Shown: positions 23,971 through 37,986 of the stretch, in pieces
Position numbering within the stretch: the first letter of the stretch is position 1
Layout: every line of letters starts with the position of its first letter
Made by a program: the position numbers and the translations under genes
DNA from: Mustelus asterias
Lineage: Eukaryota
Direction: 5' to 3'
DNA: 64,000 nt
Assembly: GCF_964213995.1 (NCBI RefSeq)
Contig: NC_135813.1
Span: 101,680,001-101,744,000, forward strand
The notes under the pieces: model-generated
What the model was told of the DNA's origin: nothing
Database searches by the model: none
Seen by the model: only the letters and a program-made list of their open reading frames with translations

Positions 23971-25169
23971 CAGGACTGCACCTTATCACCCAGCATTCAA
24001 TGAACTGGCTAAATGAGCAGTCCAAACCTTCAAGACGAGCTTTAAAAGGCAGTCAGGGGTGACCCCAGAGACCAGAATCTCATGATTCCTTCTGGGCTAT
24101 AGAACCATTCCACACTCTACTACCAAGAGTGCTTCCAGCGGAGTTATTGATGGGCTAGTGTCTTCAGATCAGATTAAGCCTGGTGTTTCCAAATTTGCCA
24201 GGGAGGGTAGAAGTCAGTTAGTGCAATCATAAGAAAAGTCATGATTCAGGCAAATCAGTGGGGTGGTTTTCGGTGGATGAAACTGTGTATGTCAGAAATT
24301 TTGGAAGCGGCTCGAGTTGGGTTCCAGAAGTTGATTTATCAAAAGCAGGATCTTTGTCTTATGAAGTGAACGTACAAAGAAGAATCATCCGGAAACATGT
24401 AGACCATTTACTAGCACGAGAGTTGTCCCAGCAACCAGTGCTGCCAGCTGAAACCATATTGCCAACAGGAAATGGTGTTGACTGAAGTACCAAGTCAATC
24501 TGTGATAGGCAAGTCTGTCATTCCCATGGAAACCAATGAAGTTGAGTTACCAGTAACTGAGGAGATACCTGGTATAGAAGTTACTGCAGAAAATACCCCA
24601 ATGGGAGCATCCCCGACAGGGAATTACACCGCTCCATTAGAAATCGGAAACCACCTGAAAGAGTCATGATGGACTGAATTATATGTTAAATTTTCTAATT
24701 GTTGGGGACTAAGTTAATTAATTATTTTAATTGTATAAAAGGCTTGGGGGGGGGGGGGGGCGGTGTGGAGGGATGTGGTGTTTGTCCCTTTTAAGGGCCG
24801 AACTGCAGAGAGGGTCACATGATCCAGATCAGGGTCCAGCGTGAGGGGTCACCCTAGCAAGTCCGAGCTTGCCTCACAGATTTGATTCTGGAAGCTGAGT
24901 GGCAGCACCTGGCTGCAAAACCTCTGCACGCTCGTATGTAAACAAACATTACAATTGTTATTTACCTAGCTGCTGAACCGGAGTTATTACATTGGGCCAG
25001 GAGTGTTCTAACCCCATTGAATTTGTCATCGCAGTTCACTGTTTCTTTTTATTGTCCTTTCCCATAGCTGAACCAAACTTCGGAACACTATTTTCACTGT
25101 CCCCATTCCCCGGAACCAGATCAAGTAGTTACCCTTTGCTCATTGGGCTAGAAACATGCTGATGGAAAA

Positions 25170-25448
25170 AACTAAAGTTTAGTTATTAGTACATTACATT
25201 AACACTGCAATTAAGTTACTGTGAAAATCCCCTGGTGGCCATCATTCCAGTGTCTATTGGGTACACTGAGGGAGAATTTAGCATGGCCAATTCACCTAAC
25301 CAGTATGTCTTTCAGACTGTGAGAGGAAACCGGATCACCCAGAGGAAATCCACGCAGACACGGGGAGAACGTGCAGACTCCGCAGTCAGTGACCCAAACC
25401 GGGAATCGTGCCCAGATCCCTGGTGCTGTGCTAATCACTGTGCCACGC
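25170..25448 (-). mobile_element. HE1-headed SINE, alternative tail
   Basis: Diverged copy of 12835-13148, nested in a CR1 endonuclease relic (~25000-25790, minus). Confidence 0.85.
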
Positions 25449-26178
25449 ACTCTTCTAAACATATTCATAAACTCTCTACCTTTTACACTATTACTAGTCT
25501 AGTCTCTACTGAGATAGTTAAAGTCCCCCATTATTAGTCCTCAGCACCTCTGTAAATCCCTTGAAAATGTCTTCCTTTATATCTTTCCACGAGTTGTTAG
25601 CCTATAGAATACACCCAGTAGTGTAATGATACCTCTATTGTTTCTTAGCTCTAACCAGCTAGATCCTATCCTTGACCCCTCTGAGACATCCTCTCTTTCC
25701 AGCACTGCAATATTCTCCTCAATCAATATTGCCACCATTCCTGTTTTCTTTCCTTCCCTGAACACCTTGCATCCATGAATATTTAGTGGGCCAGCCCTAT
25801 CTTAGTCAAGACTGAGAGTGAAGTCCTGGCATTGAATAGCAGTGTCAGGGTCTGATGAAAGATGAAAATGCTATAGTCTTTCCAAGAAATCTTAGTGCAA
25901 AATACCATGGCCTGGGGAGGGGGGGCATGGGGCTGGGTTGTTCTGGGAGGGAGGGGAATGTGTTAGACTGGACTGGGAGTGTAGTTGTGGTGGTGGGAGG
26001 AGGGGGAGTTTGGGTCAGGCCGGGAGGTGTTGCGGTGGTGTGGGGGATCCGCTGCTCTACTGGAGGGGTCATGTGTGTGGGGAATGTACCGTAAAAGGTT
26101 GAGTCTGGGTGTTTAAGTAGTTACTCTGGATTTAGAAGTGATTTTTTTTCTCCTTTCAACTCTTTCAGATTAAAGAGT

Positions 26179-26523
26179 GGGGTAGCACGGTAGCACAGTG
26201 GTTAGCACTGCTGCTTCACAGCTCCAGGGTCCTGGGTTCGATTCCCGGCTCGGGTCACTGTCTGTGTGGAGTTTGCACATTCTCCTCGTGTCTGCGTGGG
26301 TTTCCTCCGGGTGCTCCGGTTTCCTCCCACAGTCCAAAGATGTGCGGGTTAGGTTGATTGGCCAGGTTAAAAATTGCCCCTTAGAGTCCTGAGATGCGTA
26401 GGTTAGAGGGATTAGTGGGTAAAAATATGTGGGGGTAGGGCCTGGGTGGGATTGTGGTCGGTGCAGACTCGATGGGCCGAATGGCCTCCTTCTGCACTGT
26501 AGGGTTTCTATGATTCTATGATT
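26179..26523 (+). mobile_element. HE1 V-SINE, CR1-type tail (young)
   Basis: Intact A/B boxes (tagcacagtgg; ggttcgattcc), CpGs retained, tail tctatgattctatgatt. Confidence 0.94.
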
Positions 26524-27204
26524 AACTATCAGGGTGGAACTGGCAGAACCATCTGAAGTTAGTGATTTAAGTTGCTTCTGTCATATGGTACCCAGCCCAG
26601 CGCAGTTGGGAAGTTAGCATTTCAGGACAATTGCTGGGTAAACTGTTACATGGGGACTTCAAACAGAGATTCCCTAGTGCATCACTGGGGTACCCACTAA
26701 ATGTGGCACTGGGGGAGCCAGGAAGTTATGGGTCCATGTATCAGGAGAGTGCAATACTTACCCAACAATCTGCTCAGAATCAGAAGAGACTTGCGGTCTT
26801 GTTATCAGTGAGTTATTCCACTTGGTCATCTGGTCAGATAAATATAGAATCTGGCAGGACTCCCATGTGTCTAATACACAGATCCCACTGTATCCAAACT
26901 GGGTTAAAACCTCAGACAAAAGCTTCATTCACAAAATCTGTTGTGATGCCGGAATTCCTCAGGACAGCAGCCTCAGCCCAGCCATTTCAACAATGACCCT
27001 CCCTCTGTCACTGGATCAAGGGTGGGACTGTGTGCTGATAACTCTACAGTGTTCAGCTTCATTCACAATTCCTCCAATAATGGGACAGCCCACTTGCCTC
27101 TTAACCAGTTCACAGTAGAATTTCCATGTTGGGAGAATTGAGAATCGAAAGATCTGGACGCTTATGTATCTGCCACAGCTTTGTTCTGGGGGATAGGCAT
27201 ATAG

Positions 27205-27506
27205 AGTCATAGAATCCTACAATGCAGAAGGAGGCCATTCAGCCCATCAAGTCTGCATTGAACACAATCCCATCCAGACCTTATACCCATAACCCCATGC
27301 TATTCACCTGCTGTTCCCCTGACACTAATGGGCAATTTACCATGGCCAATCAAGCTAACCTGCACATCTTTGGGGTGTAGAGGAAAACCGGAGCATCTGG
27401 TGGAAACCCATGCAGACACAGGGAGAATGTGCAGGCTGTGACCCAAGCCGGGAATCATACCCGGATCCCTGGCACTGTGAGGCAGCAGTGCTAACCACCG
27501 TGCCGC
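27205..27506 (-). mobile_element. HE1 V-SINE, CR1-type tail
   Basis: Head, core and tail all recognisable. Confidence 0.9.
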
Positions 27507-27809
27507 ATTCAAATTGGTTTGTGACTGGCACACAATACAGTAGCACTCGGTTCAGTTTAACCCAGCTATAATCCTGAGAGCTTTGTCCAGTAATTTCTGA
27601 CACAACATAAGCTTTCGAAGGTGCCCCTTGTCTCCTCTGTCAGACGGTGTACTGAAATTAATAGAAGACCCGCTCGCCAGAGGTCAGTCAGTTGTCAAGT
27701 TATACAGACCAGGAATATTCCCAACGTTGAATTAGATCATCTTAACCAGGGGACTGTGAAGAGGTTACAGCTTACCAAAATGCGGAGGAAAAGATAAAGA
27801 AAACAAATC

Positions 27810-28145
27810 AGGGAACTGTATCAGGAGGAACAGACACTGAGTGACTGTGTCCTGGAAGGCCAGGTCTGAGCGACTGTGTACTGACTGTATCAGGAGGAAC
27901 AGACACTGAGTGACTGTGCACTGAAGGGCCAGAGTCTGGCTGACTGTCCATTGACTATATCAAGAGGAGCAGACATTGAGTGACTGTGTACTGGAAGGCC
28001 AGGGTCTGAGCGACTGTGTACTGACTGTGTTGGGATTGAGCAGACACTGAGTGACTGTGTACTGAGTGTATCAGGAGGAGCAGGTACTGTGTGACTGCGT
28101 ACTAGAGTTCCAGGGTCTGAGTGACTGTGTACTGAATGTATCAGT
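27810..28145 (+). repeat. Minisatellite, ~70-bp dimer of two related ~35-bp units
   Basis: tgtatcaggaggaacagacactgagtgactgtg alternates with ctggaaggccagg-tctgagcgactgtgtactga; about 4-5 dimers. Confidence 0.85.
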
Positions 28146-28533
28146 GGGATGCAAAATATATTTTTATTTTCACTTTGTTCCATAGTACATGCTACCTATA
28201 AGCAAACTGACTTTGTCTCGCAAATGGCTGAAATCTTGTTTGAGGTGTTGATATGTAAACACCAATTTGATTACGATAGAAAGGTAAAATACTGACATTT
28301 CTGAATCCTTACAGAAATGATTTTTTACAATTGAAGTAATAGCTCTGAAACTCTTCAAGCCAGGATAAAATATCTGATCTCCAGTTTGAATGAGTTAGCA
28401 ATTGGAATGCTTCACAGATGCTGCAGTCCCTCTCCCCGTGCAGGAGAGGTGCAGCATTGCTGAGGCTTTGCTGAAAAACAAACCATTTCCCCCGAACACC
28501 TTGCTGAAACTCAGTATGGCTGCATTCACTTAC

Positions 28534-28637
28534 CCAGAATGCAGGTGCCGTGGACAGGGTCACAGTCCGCCTCGATACAGGGACAGGGATGGACACAGTT
28601 GGCTCCGTAGTGTCCCGAGGGACAGCTCATGTTGCAG
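28534..28637 (-). CDS. SCARF2: SCARF2 internal exon (~7), last EGF-like repeat
   Basis: Acceptor ctctttctttttccag|C, donor G|gtaagt; 104 bp, phase 2/1. Encodes CNMSCPSGHYGANCVHPCPCIEADCDPVHGTCIL. Confidence 0.93.
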
Positions 28638-29068
28638 CTGGAAAAAGAAAGAGGAAAATGGGTTTGAGAAACAGGAGAATTGTTAAAATCTTCAAGCAGC
28701 AACCTCTCAGCAAGAGCATATGGTCGACCACACTTAAAGAATCATTTTCCTTTCTGTCCATGTCTCAACTGTTTCTGCAGAACCACCGCCACATTTATTT
28801 CACTCTCCCCAAATGGATGGGTTTTTCCACATTGCTGTCCTATTATCTGCAAATTCAATAGGTTATTTTGTTTTATAAGGAAGTTAGCTTCTTATCCCAA
28901 ATGCTACAGTTACAACCGACTGACCACAGGATGGAGAGAAGGTGAACTTGCTGGGTCGTTTCAATGCCCTTAGGTTGACAGCAACAAGCTGGATGGTATC
29001 GAATGGCTCTTGGAACATGCTGTCAGACACACTGTGGGAGTATACCTTGTCTAGTTACAGGTGATAAC

Positions 29069-32000
29069 TGGTAGTGTGATATCTTTAAGGGGGCGATCAC
29101 TGAGGGCCACATGATCGGGCCAGGCCCGATGGAGAGGCAGAGCGGGAAGCTATACCAATTGGGTGAAAGGGCACACATCCTGGATCAGGGAGGGACCTCA
29201 GTTGGAGCCAGGGAGGAGGAGAGTAGATGTGTACTACATTTCTGTGAAATCCTTGTTTGTATATATACATAAATATTGTTGGCAGTAAACGCATTACAAC
29301 TTGAAACCTTCAAAGTTATGACACTGGCGATGAGGATAAGCTTCCATTAGTCATAAGGGGATCGCAGTGTGCAGCTAGAGGGGGAGGGGAGTGAGCATCA
29401 AAACTATGATTGAACAAGATGCACGCGCACATAAAAATGTCTTTAATTGGAAAAATTGAACCATTTGACCCAGAAGTGGAAAACTGGGAATAATACAGAG
29501 AAAGGCTGTGTTATTTCTTTGTAGCTAATGAGATCACATCACAGGAAAAATAAAAGATGACACCACTGTGGTCTGTGATTCACAAACTTACTGCCTAGTG
29601 AGAAGTCTTACACTGCCTGACGTAAACACAAATCAGATAGTCAAATTGGTCAAAAATAATTTAACCCCGACCCCTCAGTCATTTTATTGAGGTATAACTT
29701 TCATTCAGCAGTACTGGAGCCTGAGGAGACACTTTCTGGTGTTGTGGCCAGATTGAGAGGGTTAACAGAGCACTGAGAATTCCCTATAGAGGAAGCCTTG
29801 ATGGTAAACAGCAGACCATTTGAAATAGACTGCCACCACAGGAGCCACAACCACAGTCATGGCAGAGCAGGCATTTTGTTACCTTCAAAAAGGCCTCCAA
29901 CCATTGAGATTGAGAGAGTCAGGAGCCATATTGTTCATATATATATATATATATAATATAGGAGAGACGTTGAAGGGCAACAGTTACAGTGTTCTACAGG
30001 AACCAAACAGTGCATCTACCTGTTCTAGTAATTGGAGGTCACAGACCTTGCCTAATCGGTCAAGATTGGTTAAAGCAGATAAAATTAAATTGGTTGGAAA
30101 TATTAAACCTACAGGACAGAGGTTTTCAGGAGTTGCTATGTAAATATTCTGAGGTTTTCCAAAAGTAGCTAGGGTGAATAAAAGAGAGTTAAAGCCAAAA
30201 TTTATCTGAATCCTGATGCAACGCCAATGTTTTTTCAGGGCTGCCCAGAGTCCTATGCACTTCATCATAAGGTTGAAGTCAAGTTCAGGAGATTGAAAGA
30301 TTTAGGTGTTATAAAGCCCGTACAATTTCCTGAAGGGGCTGCACCATTGTCCCGATCCTCAAGACGAATTGTACTGGTCCATCTGGACTCGGAACATCAG
30401 CTCTTTTCTCTCCTTACAGATGCTGCCAGACCTGCTGAGATTTTCCAGCATTTTCTCTTTTGGTTTCAGATTCCAGCATCTGCAGTCATTTGCTTTTATT
30501 AAAGAAGTGGGTATCCATTTGAAATGAGAGAAATGCACTTTCCAGGCAGATGGAGTTACATATTTAGGTTTCAGGTTAGACGCTAAAGGTTTGCATCCTT
30601 TGGAGGATGTAGCTAAAGCCATTAAGGATATTCCACAGCCAAAAAATGTATCAGAATTAAAATCATTCCTCGGAATATTGAATTTTTATGGTTGATTCTT
30701 ACAAAATGTGTCTACAATTTTAGTCCCATTTCACCAGCTTTTGAAAAAGCATCAGTGTTGGAGATGGGAGAGGGACAAAAAGAAGTCTTTACCAAAGCAA
30801 AGCAGGCCCTGCGATCGTTGGCACTGCTTGAAAACTTTGATCCAAGCAAACCATTGGTAGTTACCTGTGATGCATCCCCATATGGAGTGGGAGCAGTTTT
30901 GTCCCACAGGATGCCTGATGGAGTAGAGAGGCCAATTGCCTTTGTGTCGAGAACATTATCGAATGCGGAAAAAAAGTATTCCCAGATTGACAAAGAAAGT
31001 TTAGTGGTAATTTATGCAGTGAAGAGGTTTCATCTATGGAAGACATTTCACAATGGTATCAGATCAGAAACTGTTATTGGGTTTATTGCAAGAGGATAAA
31101 CCAGTGTCGCCAACTGCCTCTGGCAGGGTATAAAGATGGACTCTATTACTAGCAGTGTACAGTTATTCATTCCAGCCTTGCTCAGGGACACAAGTATCAA
31201 ATGCAGATACACTCCCTCTGCCACAGACAGTACGTTCACCACTGGTACCACAAGAAATAGTGCACCTGATACAGACTTTGCCAGTCTCAGCTAAACACAT
31301 AATAACTTGGACCAAAAGAGACCAGTGCCATCACAAGTTAAGAAGAGGGTGATGCAAGGATGATGATGTGATAAGTCAGAGCTACTTAAACCTTACCAGC
31401 AGAGAAGAACGGAGATAATGGTGAGGACAGCATGTTATTGTCGAGAGCTCGTGTGATAGTGCCATCCCAAGGGAGATTACTTTTATTGCAGGAATTACAT
31501 GCGCACATCCAAGGCAAAGCAGGATGAAAGCACCTTCCCAAAGTTATGTTTGGTGATCGGACGTGGATTAAAAATTTGTAAGAATGGTCAGTCATTGTCC
31601 TTGTTGTAAAGCCCAGCAGGCATTACAACCACTGGTGAATATGCACCCTTGGAAGTGGCCAGATAGGCCACGGGCAAGAATAGACTTTGCAGGGCTGTTC
31701 TTGGGGCATATATTTTTCACCTTAGTTGATGAGCATTCTAAATGGATGTCCAATTGATGAAGTCTACAAAGGCCAGTGCTACCATTGACAAATTGAGGCA
31801 GATTTTTGCCATCCATGGCATCCCACAGATTTTAGTGTCAGCCAATGGCACATCATTTACAGTGGAGGAGTTTCGGAATTTTCCAAATCAAATGGTACTC
31901 ACCATGTTAGGTCAGCACCTTACCAGCCAGCCTCCAATGGGTTAGCAAAACGAGCTGTACAGACGTTCAAATCTTCAATGAAGAAACAAGTTGACTGGCT

Positions 32001-32957
32001 TTACATTTGACAAGTTTCTTGTTGTCGTATGATGCCACACCAAATGTGACGACAGGGGTCACGCAAACCAAGCTACTAATGGGATGCCACTGAGGGACAC
32101 AGTTGGATATGATATTCCCAGATTTGGTGGGGAGAGTGGAGGCTAGACAAGCCTCCCAGAAAGAAAATCATAACTCGAGAAAAAAAGGCAAGAGTTTTCC
32201 AAGTCGTGGATTTAGTTCTGGCTGGAAACTTTGCAGCAGAACCGATATGGGTGACTGGAAAAATTGGAAAGATCAGGACTGGCCTTCTCTGCTGTAGAGA
32301 TACAAGATCATCGTGTAAAAAAAAATGTGGATCATTTGAGGAAGAAAGCTGGGCCTGATACAGGAATCAACAGATGATCCCTGCAGTAGAGTTGGGTTCA
32401 TTAGTTGCTGATACAGGGGCCCTTGTTGTAAATATGAATCCAGAGCAACCAGCAGTTTCTGTAGCTGAGGAGACAGTAGCTACTGAGGAGGATCTCGACA
32501 TCAACATCTGCCCAGATTCATAACTTCCAGAAGAGTATAGCACAGAATTGAAACATTCTTCCAGGGCCTGGAAGTCTCCTGACCGGCTGAACTTGTGTTG
32601 AGATATTCCTGGAGTATTGCTGATGTCTTCTTGTAACAAACATGCCTTTGTTTAATGATGTTCCTTTTGTTTCATCCATAGTGAAACTCAGGAGTTAGGG
32701 CGGAAGCAGTCTTGTAGCGTGGCCCCTTTAAGGGGGCGATCCTTGATGGTCCAAGTGCTCTGGCCAGACCCAATGGAGAGGCAGAGCAGGAAGTCGAGCC
32801 AATTGGTGCAGCATCATGTGTCCTGGGTTGGCGAGAAACCTCAGTGGGAGGAGTGGAGAGTAGATGTGTGTTCAATTCTGTCAGACCCTGTTTGTGTGTA
32901 TATTGGTAATCAACCCTTTATAACTTGAAGCCAAAAGTCACCTTTGAAGTTATTACA
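29069..32957 (+). mobile_element. Ty3/Gypsy (Mag-like) LTR retrotransposon, both LTRs present, coding region decayed
   Basis: 5' LTR 29069-29323, PBS-like tggcgatgagg, gag start MSLIGKIEPFDPEVENW, RNase H (VVTCDASPYGVGAVLSHRMPDGVERPIAFVSRTLSNAEKKYSQIDKE) and integrase remnants. 3' LTR 32713-32957; 5-bp TSD ataac at 29064-29068 and 32958-32962. Confidence 0.92.
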
Positions 32958-33106
32958 ATAACGACGTTACAGCCCGTGTTACATCTCTCGCCATGTTTAT
33001 TTCCATGGAAAGTTAACCTGGTTGCAAATGAGCGAGCAGCCATTTTTACACCATCCCACAATGTCAAGAATCACCCTCCCCCCAAATCTAAAATAAACCC
33101 CAACTT

Positions 33107-33392
33107 GGGGTGGCACAGTGGTTAGCACTGCTGCCTCACAGTGCCAGGGACCAGGGTTCAGTTCCTGGTCTTGGGTCACTGTCTGTGTGGAGTTTTCACA
33201 TTCTCTCTGTGTCTGTGTGGATTTCCTCCCACAGTACGAAAGACATGCTGGTTAGGTGCATTGGCCATGTTAAACTCTCCCTCAGTGTTACCCGAACAGG
33301 CGCCGGAGTGTGCCGACTAGGGGAATTTCACAGTAACTTCATTGCAGTGTTAATGTAAGCCTCCTTGTGACACTAATAAATAAACTTAAACT
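33107..33392 (+). mobile_element. HE1-headed SINE, alternative tail
   Basis: HE1 head plus tail ending taataaataaacttaaac. Confidence 0.9.
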
Positions 33393-35145
33393 TCTCATTT
33401 CCAGGAAGTAGCTCTCAGGTTGGTATTGTAAACTCAGCCGCCCTCTCTCCCACTTTTGTCTCTCTCACTTTGGCCTGGTAATTCTGATGTACCCCGACAC
33501 AGCCTGAACATAGACCTCTCTAATGACCGGTCTTGCCAGTCACCCCATTCCCAGCCTTCACTCCCACATTCTGCGACTGCAAAATGAACTTCCCAAGCGG
33601 CAGTGGTTTTACAGGGCCCCTGTGAACTTGGCAGTACCTGGACGCTCTTTGGCAAAGTCAAAAGGAAACCTGGACACTTTCCGAGGAATTCTCCAAATAA
33701 CTCTCTGCTCTGTGCCCAACAGCAGCTGCTAACTGTGGACGCTTCACAATCGTTCTTTGTAGCCAATTGTTAGATGAAGGGCTGCAGTGGGATCATTCCG
33801 TTTACCCGGCTGAGAGCCTAATTTCCTCAGAAGCCATGGAATGCAGCAGCTTCGAGGATGTGGCTAAAAAGGGAGAGATGGTGAGGGGTTGCTGGGGGTG
33901 CTGGGGGACTAGAATTTGCGTTCCAAGCCTGCAGATCCTTATAATGTTAAAAATGTCAAAACAAATTCCTGTCAAGAGGGTTTTTCTTTCCTCGGGAGTT
34001 TAGAAAATGTTTCCATTTTGCATTTCACAAATCCCCACATAACTGGCCCCTGACCACAAGGCCCTACGATGGAATTTGTGTTTTAGTCTGTGGCTGTTAA
34101 ACACAGAATCCTTTCTCCAAAGCACTCCCCCCTCCCCTCCACTCCCTCCCCCCACCCGCCCCCCCGCCATCCAGCACACTCCACCCCACCACTATCTCCT
34201 CCACCATCCCCCCACCCCAACTCCCACAAAAGAAAATCATTGCTCAGAATGCAGGAGCAGAGCAGGAAGTGGCCAGATTCAGGCAATATTCCAGCTGGAT
34301 TGTATAGCGCAACATCCGGTCGACATCTCTTTGAAGGCTCAGACAGGTCTCTCATGCCAAAGCTAAATTAGACATATGAGCACAACGTTTACCCTGCCCC
34401 CCCCCCCCCCCCCCCACAAGGGACTTGGAGTTGACTAATATGCTGGCACAGCAACTCCACAGTACAGCACTTTCTAACATATACCTACAGGCCTGAGAGC
34501 GAGCCAGTTCTAACATAGAAGGCACTGTTTGTGGCTCCATTGCTAAGCGAAACCACATGAAACACCACAATTCAGCAACATTCAACTATGCCTCATTCAG
34601 CAATAAATTGTCAGTCTCACTTGGAGCGGCGCGGGTGTTGGAGAAGGAACTATGTCACACTGATGCATTCAGGCCTGCATTCTGACAAGGTTAAGTGTCA
34701 GCTTAGTTCACTGATAATACTCTCGCCTCTGCGACAGAAGGTCACGGGTTCACCCCCACTCAAGGATTTCAACACATAATCTAAGCTGACTGTTCAGCGA
34801 TGGTACAGTGCAGCCACTTACTATGCTGTTGTTAACTCACAGACAGATGCATGTATGGTGCAGATAGAAACATGTCCATCACCCACAGAGTACTCCATCA
34901 GCCCCATGCAGGGGTTTATTGTAGGTGAGGGTGGCAAAGACTTCACTGAAACTTTGTATAGTTCGGGACCATTTGCTTATGTCCACAATACTCATGTCAT
35001 GCTGAGTTGGGCAAAACGAGATTTAATCATAATTACCTGACTGCCCAGCATCGATGAGTAGCTAATGACTAAAAATACAGCAGGAACATCTCCCGCTCCT
35101 TTTCTCAAAGAGAGAATATATATTCTCATACTAACTCATCAAAGG

Positions 35146-35386
35146 GACCCGGGTTTGATTCCTGGCTTGGGTCACTGTCTGCGAGGTGTTTGCACATTCT
35201 CCCCGAGTTTCCTCCGGTTTCCTCCCACAGTCCAAAAGACGTGATGGTTAGGTGCACTGGCCATGCGAAATTCTCCTTCAGTGCACCCAAAGAGGTGCCG
35301 GAGTGTGGCGAGTAGGGGATTTTCATAGTAACTTCATTGCAGTGTTAATGTAAGCCTACTTGTGAACTAATAAATAAACTTTAAAC
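35146..35386 (+). mobile_element. 5'-truncated HE1-headed SINE, alternative tail
   Basis: Starts at the B box region; the tail is intact. Confidence 0.85.
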
Positions 35387-35962
35387 CACACACAAGCCAA
35401 GGAGCAAAATGACCACCTGTCAGATTTTGAGAACAACACTCCACCATCAGGGATGGCTGTTGACTATTTTTGATGACTGAAAATTGGACACAAAGATTTG
35501 CTTTTTGACTGCTTCGCTAATGATAATGAGTTGTGCATATGTGAACTGGATATTTTTATGTGTGCTGACAACACTTTATAAATGTCAAGCTTCTGTATGG
35601 CTTTGGGCTGAGTAAATGTTGGCAGCTTATTGAGTCTCTATTTGAAATAGTGTAAAGAGAATACTCAGCAAGTCAGACTGGATCTCAGGAGCGGGCTGGG
35701 AGACAGAAGGGGTTAGTTGGGATGGCAGGGAGGATGAGGTGATTGTCTGTCAGCTTCTCACTGCTGGAATTCTATCAGCAGCAGGCTAAGTGGCAGATGT
35801 CACTCCAACCTTGGGCAAATTGAGTCCCTTAAATGTCCAAGAGAAAAAGTTAAAAATTCCCAGCATGTCAGTCAGACTCCACAATGAGAAATGTAGAATA
35901 GAGATTGACGTATAATCCTCCTTCAGCAGGGGTCAAAATATTCACTGTTTTTTCTCTTCACA

Positions 35963-36138
35963 GAATCATAGAATCTCTACAGTGCAGAAGGAGGCCTTTC
36001 GTCCCATCGAGTTTGCACCAAACACAATCCCACCCAGGCCCTATCCCCATAACCGCATGCATTTACCCTAGCGAGTCCCCCTGACACCAAGGGGCAATTT
36101 AGCATGGCCAATCCACCTAACCTGCACATCTTTGGACT
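35963..36138 (-). mobile_element. HE1 3' fragment, CR1-type tail
   Basis: gaatcatagaatctctacagtgcagaaggaggcc...ttagcatggccaatccacctaacctgcacatctttggact. Confidence 0.85.
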
Positions 36139-36837
36139 GGAGACTTTGGAAGTGGACTCTTATTTCAATCAATTCTCACCGTCAAGAGTGGCATTAATTG
36201 CTAAATCCTAACTACCCTGAGAAAGTAATACTAGGTCTTCCTCTTCGATGTAGCAAAGTAGCTTGCTGGGCCAAAGCAGAGGGTATTTAAGAGTAAACTA
36301 TATTGGTGTGGGTCTGGAGTCAAGTAAAGGTTGGAGCAGGTATGAGGAGTAGGTTTCCTTCTGTAAAGGACAATAGTGAACCTGTTGGATTTTTAAGACA
36401 ACCAAACTGTTTCTTAGTTTGCTATTAGTCTAGCTGAGCCTACTTTTCATTTGTTTTAGATTTCCAGCATTTGCCATCTTTTCCTTTCTCTTTTTCCTCT
36501 GTGGAGGAAGCACTTTGAGAATTTGAGAAATGTACTGAGCCAATGGAGAAACACAAGCTTTACTTTATTTTTGCCAGTTAGCTCCTGACTGCCCATCCAA
36601 CAGCAACGGCATTTCTCAGAACGCAGTTAACATCTGTGAAATGTTCTGAGGTAGTTCACAAGTAGACATGGAGGCAGAAAGAGGGAGATTATTAATGAGG
36701 GATGACTTGAAACTTGGTTGAAGGATTTTTAATGTATTGTGCCAAGGTGGGAGGTTAGCAATGAATAGAGCTAATAAACACATGCCAATGATTTCAGCAT
36801 CGGAGGCGCTGAGGTATGAATGGAGACAGGACATATT

Positions 36838-37378
36838 GTCCAGAGATGTGCAGGTTAGGTGGATAGGCCATGCTAAATTACCCCTTAGTGTCCCAAGATG
36901 TGCGGATTAGGGCGATAAGCAGGGTGATAACGGGGATAGGGTGAAGAGTCTATATTTTCTGTCGCAGCGACTGCAGTGGCACAATGGTTAGCACTGCTAC
37001 CACACAGCGCCAGGAACCCGGGTTCAATTCCTGGCTTGGATCACTGTCCGTGTGGAGTCTGCACGTTCTCCCCGTGGAGTCTGCACGTTCTCCCCGTGTC
37101 TGCGTGGGTTTCCTCCTGGTGCTCCGGTTTCCTCCCACAGTCCGAAGGATGTGCTGGTTAGGTGCATTGGCCATGCTAAATTCTCCCTCAGTGTACCCAA
37201 ACAGGTGCCAGAGTGTCGCGACTAGGGGATTTTCACAGTAACTTCATTGCGGTGTTAATGTTAGCCAACTTGTGACTAATAAATAAACTTAAACTTCTGT
37301 CGAAGAGCCTTCTGTTGAAGAGTTGGTGCAGTCCTGATGGGTGGAATGGCCTCCTTCTGCACTGTAGGAATTGTATGT
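36838..37378 (+). mobile_element. Nested SINEs: alternative-tail HE1 (~36970-37294) inside a CR1-tail HE1 fragment
   Basis: The outer element resumes after the inner poly-(taaa) tail; ttctgtcg is repeated on both sides of the inner copy. Confidence 0.85.
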
Positions 37379-37986
37379 ATGCATGGTGCGAATGGTGTAA
37401 GTAAGCAGTCTTGGTGATGAACAATTGTGAGATTTAAAGCTCAATATACCAACATTGCAAATGGTCTTTTTGAATTTTAGGATATCCAGCTGCGCAGGGA
37501 AGAAAAATTAATATCAATGGCTCAGTGGGAGAAGAGATAATGCTTCAGTCTTCCTGAGATGGAGCTGTGGAAAGTTGTGAATCTGACAAAACAAAGGTAA
37601 TCATGATCCAATAGAAATAGTGGAATGTCAGTGCACAAGTCGAAGTTAACCCAACTGTTCATAGACAATGCCTCCATGAAAAAGAGCCAAGGTTAAACTC
37701 TCCTGGGATCCTGGAGGTGACTGTGCATGGGAGAGGAGATAAGCCATTACTTGTGATGCATTTAGTGCATTTGGAAAGGGTAACAGTGAATCCACACAAT
37801 GCCATACAGCTCAATATCACAGGGGAGACAATGATTTGGTCAACCCAAGGGAAGGTGCGGAAATTGGAGAAGGATGTGGATAGATAATGTATCACAAAAT
37901 TAACACATTGGTGAGGATTATCTTGGTGCTTTGAGGAGTGTTGAACTGTGATTAGAGGATTTTTGCAGAACAGATGGACAAGCATT

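Larger units (their letters stand above)
21190..24991 (+). mobile_element. Decayed Ty3/Gypsy LTR retrotransposon (5'-truncated)
   Basis: RT remnants (PYALREKLDIELKRLEELG; MPSACAIFQRTMESLLQVLPHVVAYLGDVLITG), integrase Zn-finger (LHSFHPGISRMK...CEQCQ) and RTAPYHP. A polypurine tract precedes the TG...CA 3' LTR at 24774-24991. Confidence 0.88.

Noticed and set aside
26179-26250. tRNA gene
   Set aside because: The A/B boxes belong to the SINE head and continue into the V core; no complete cloverleaf was seen.
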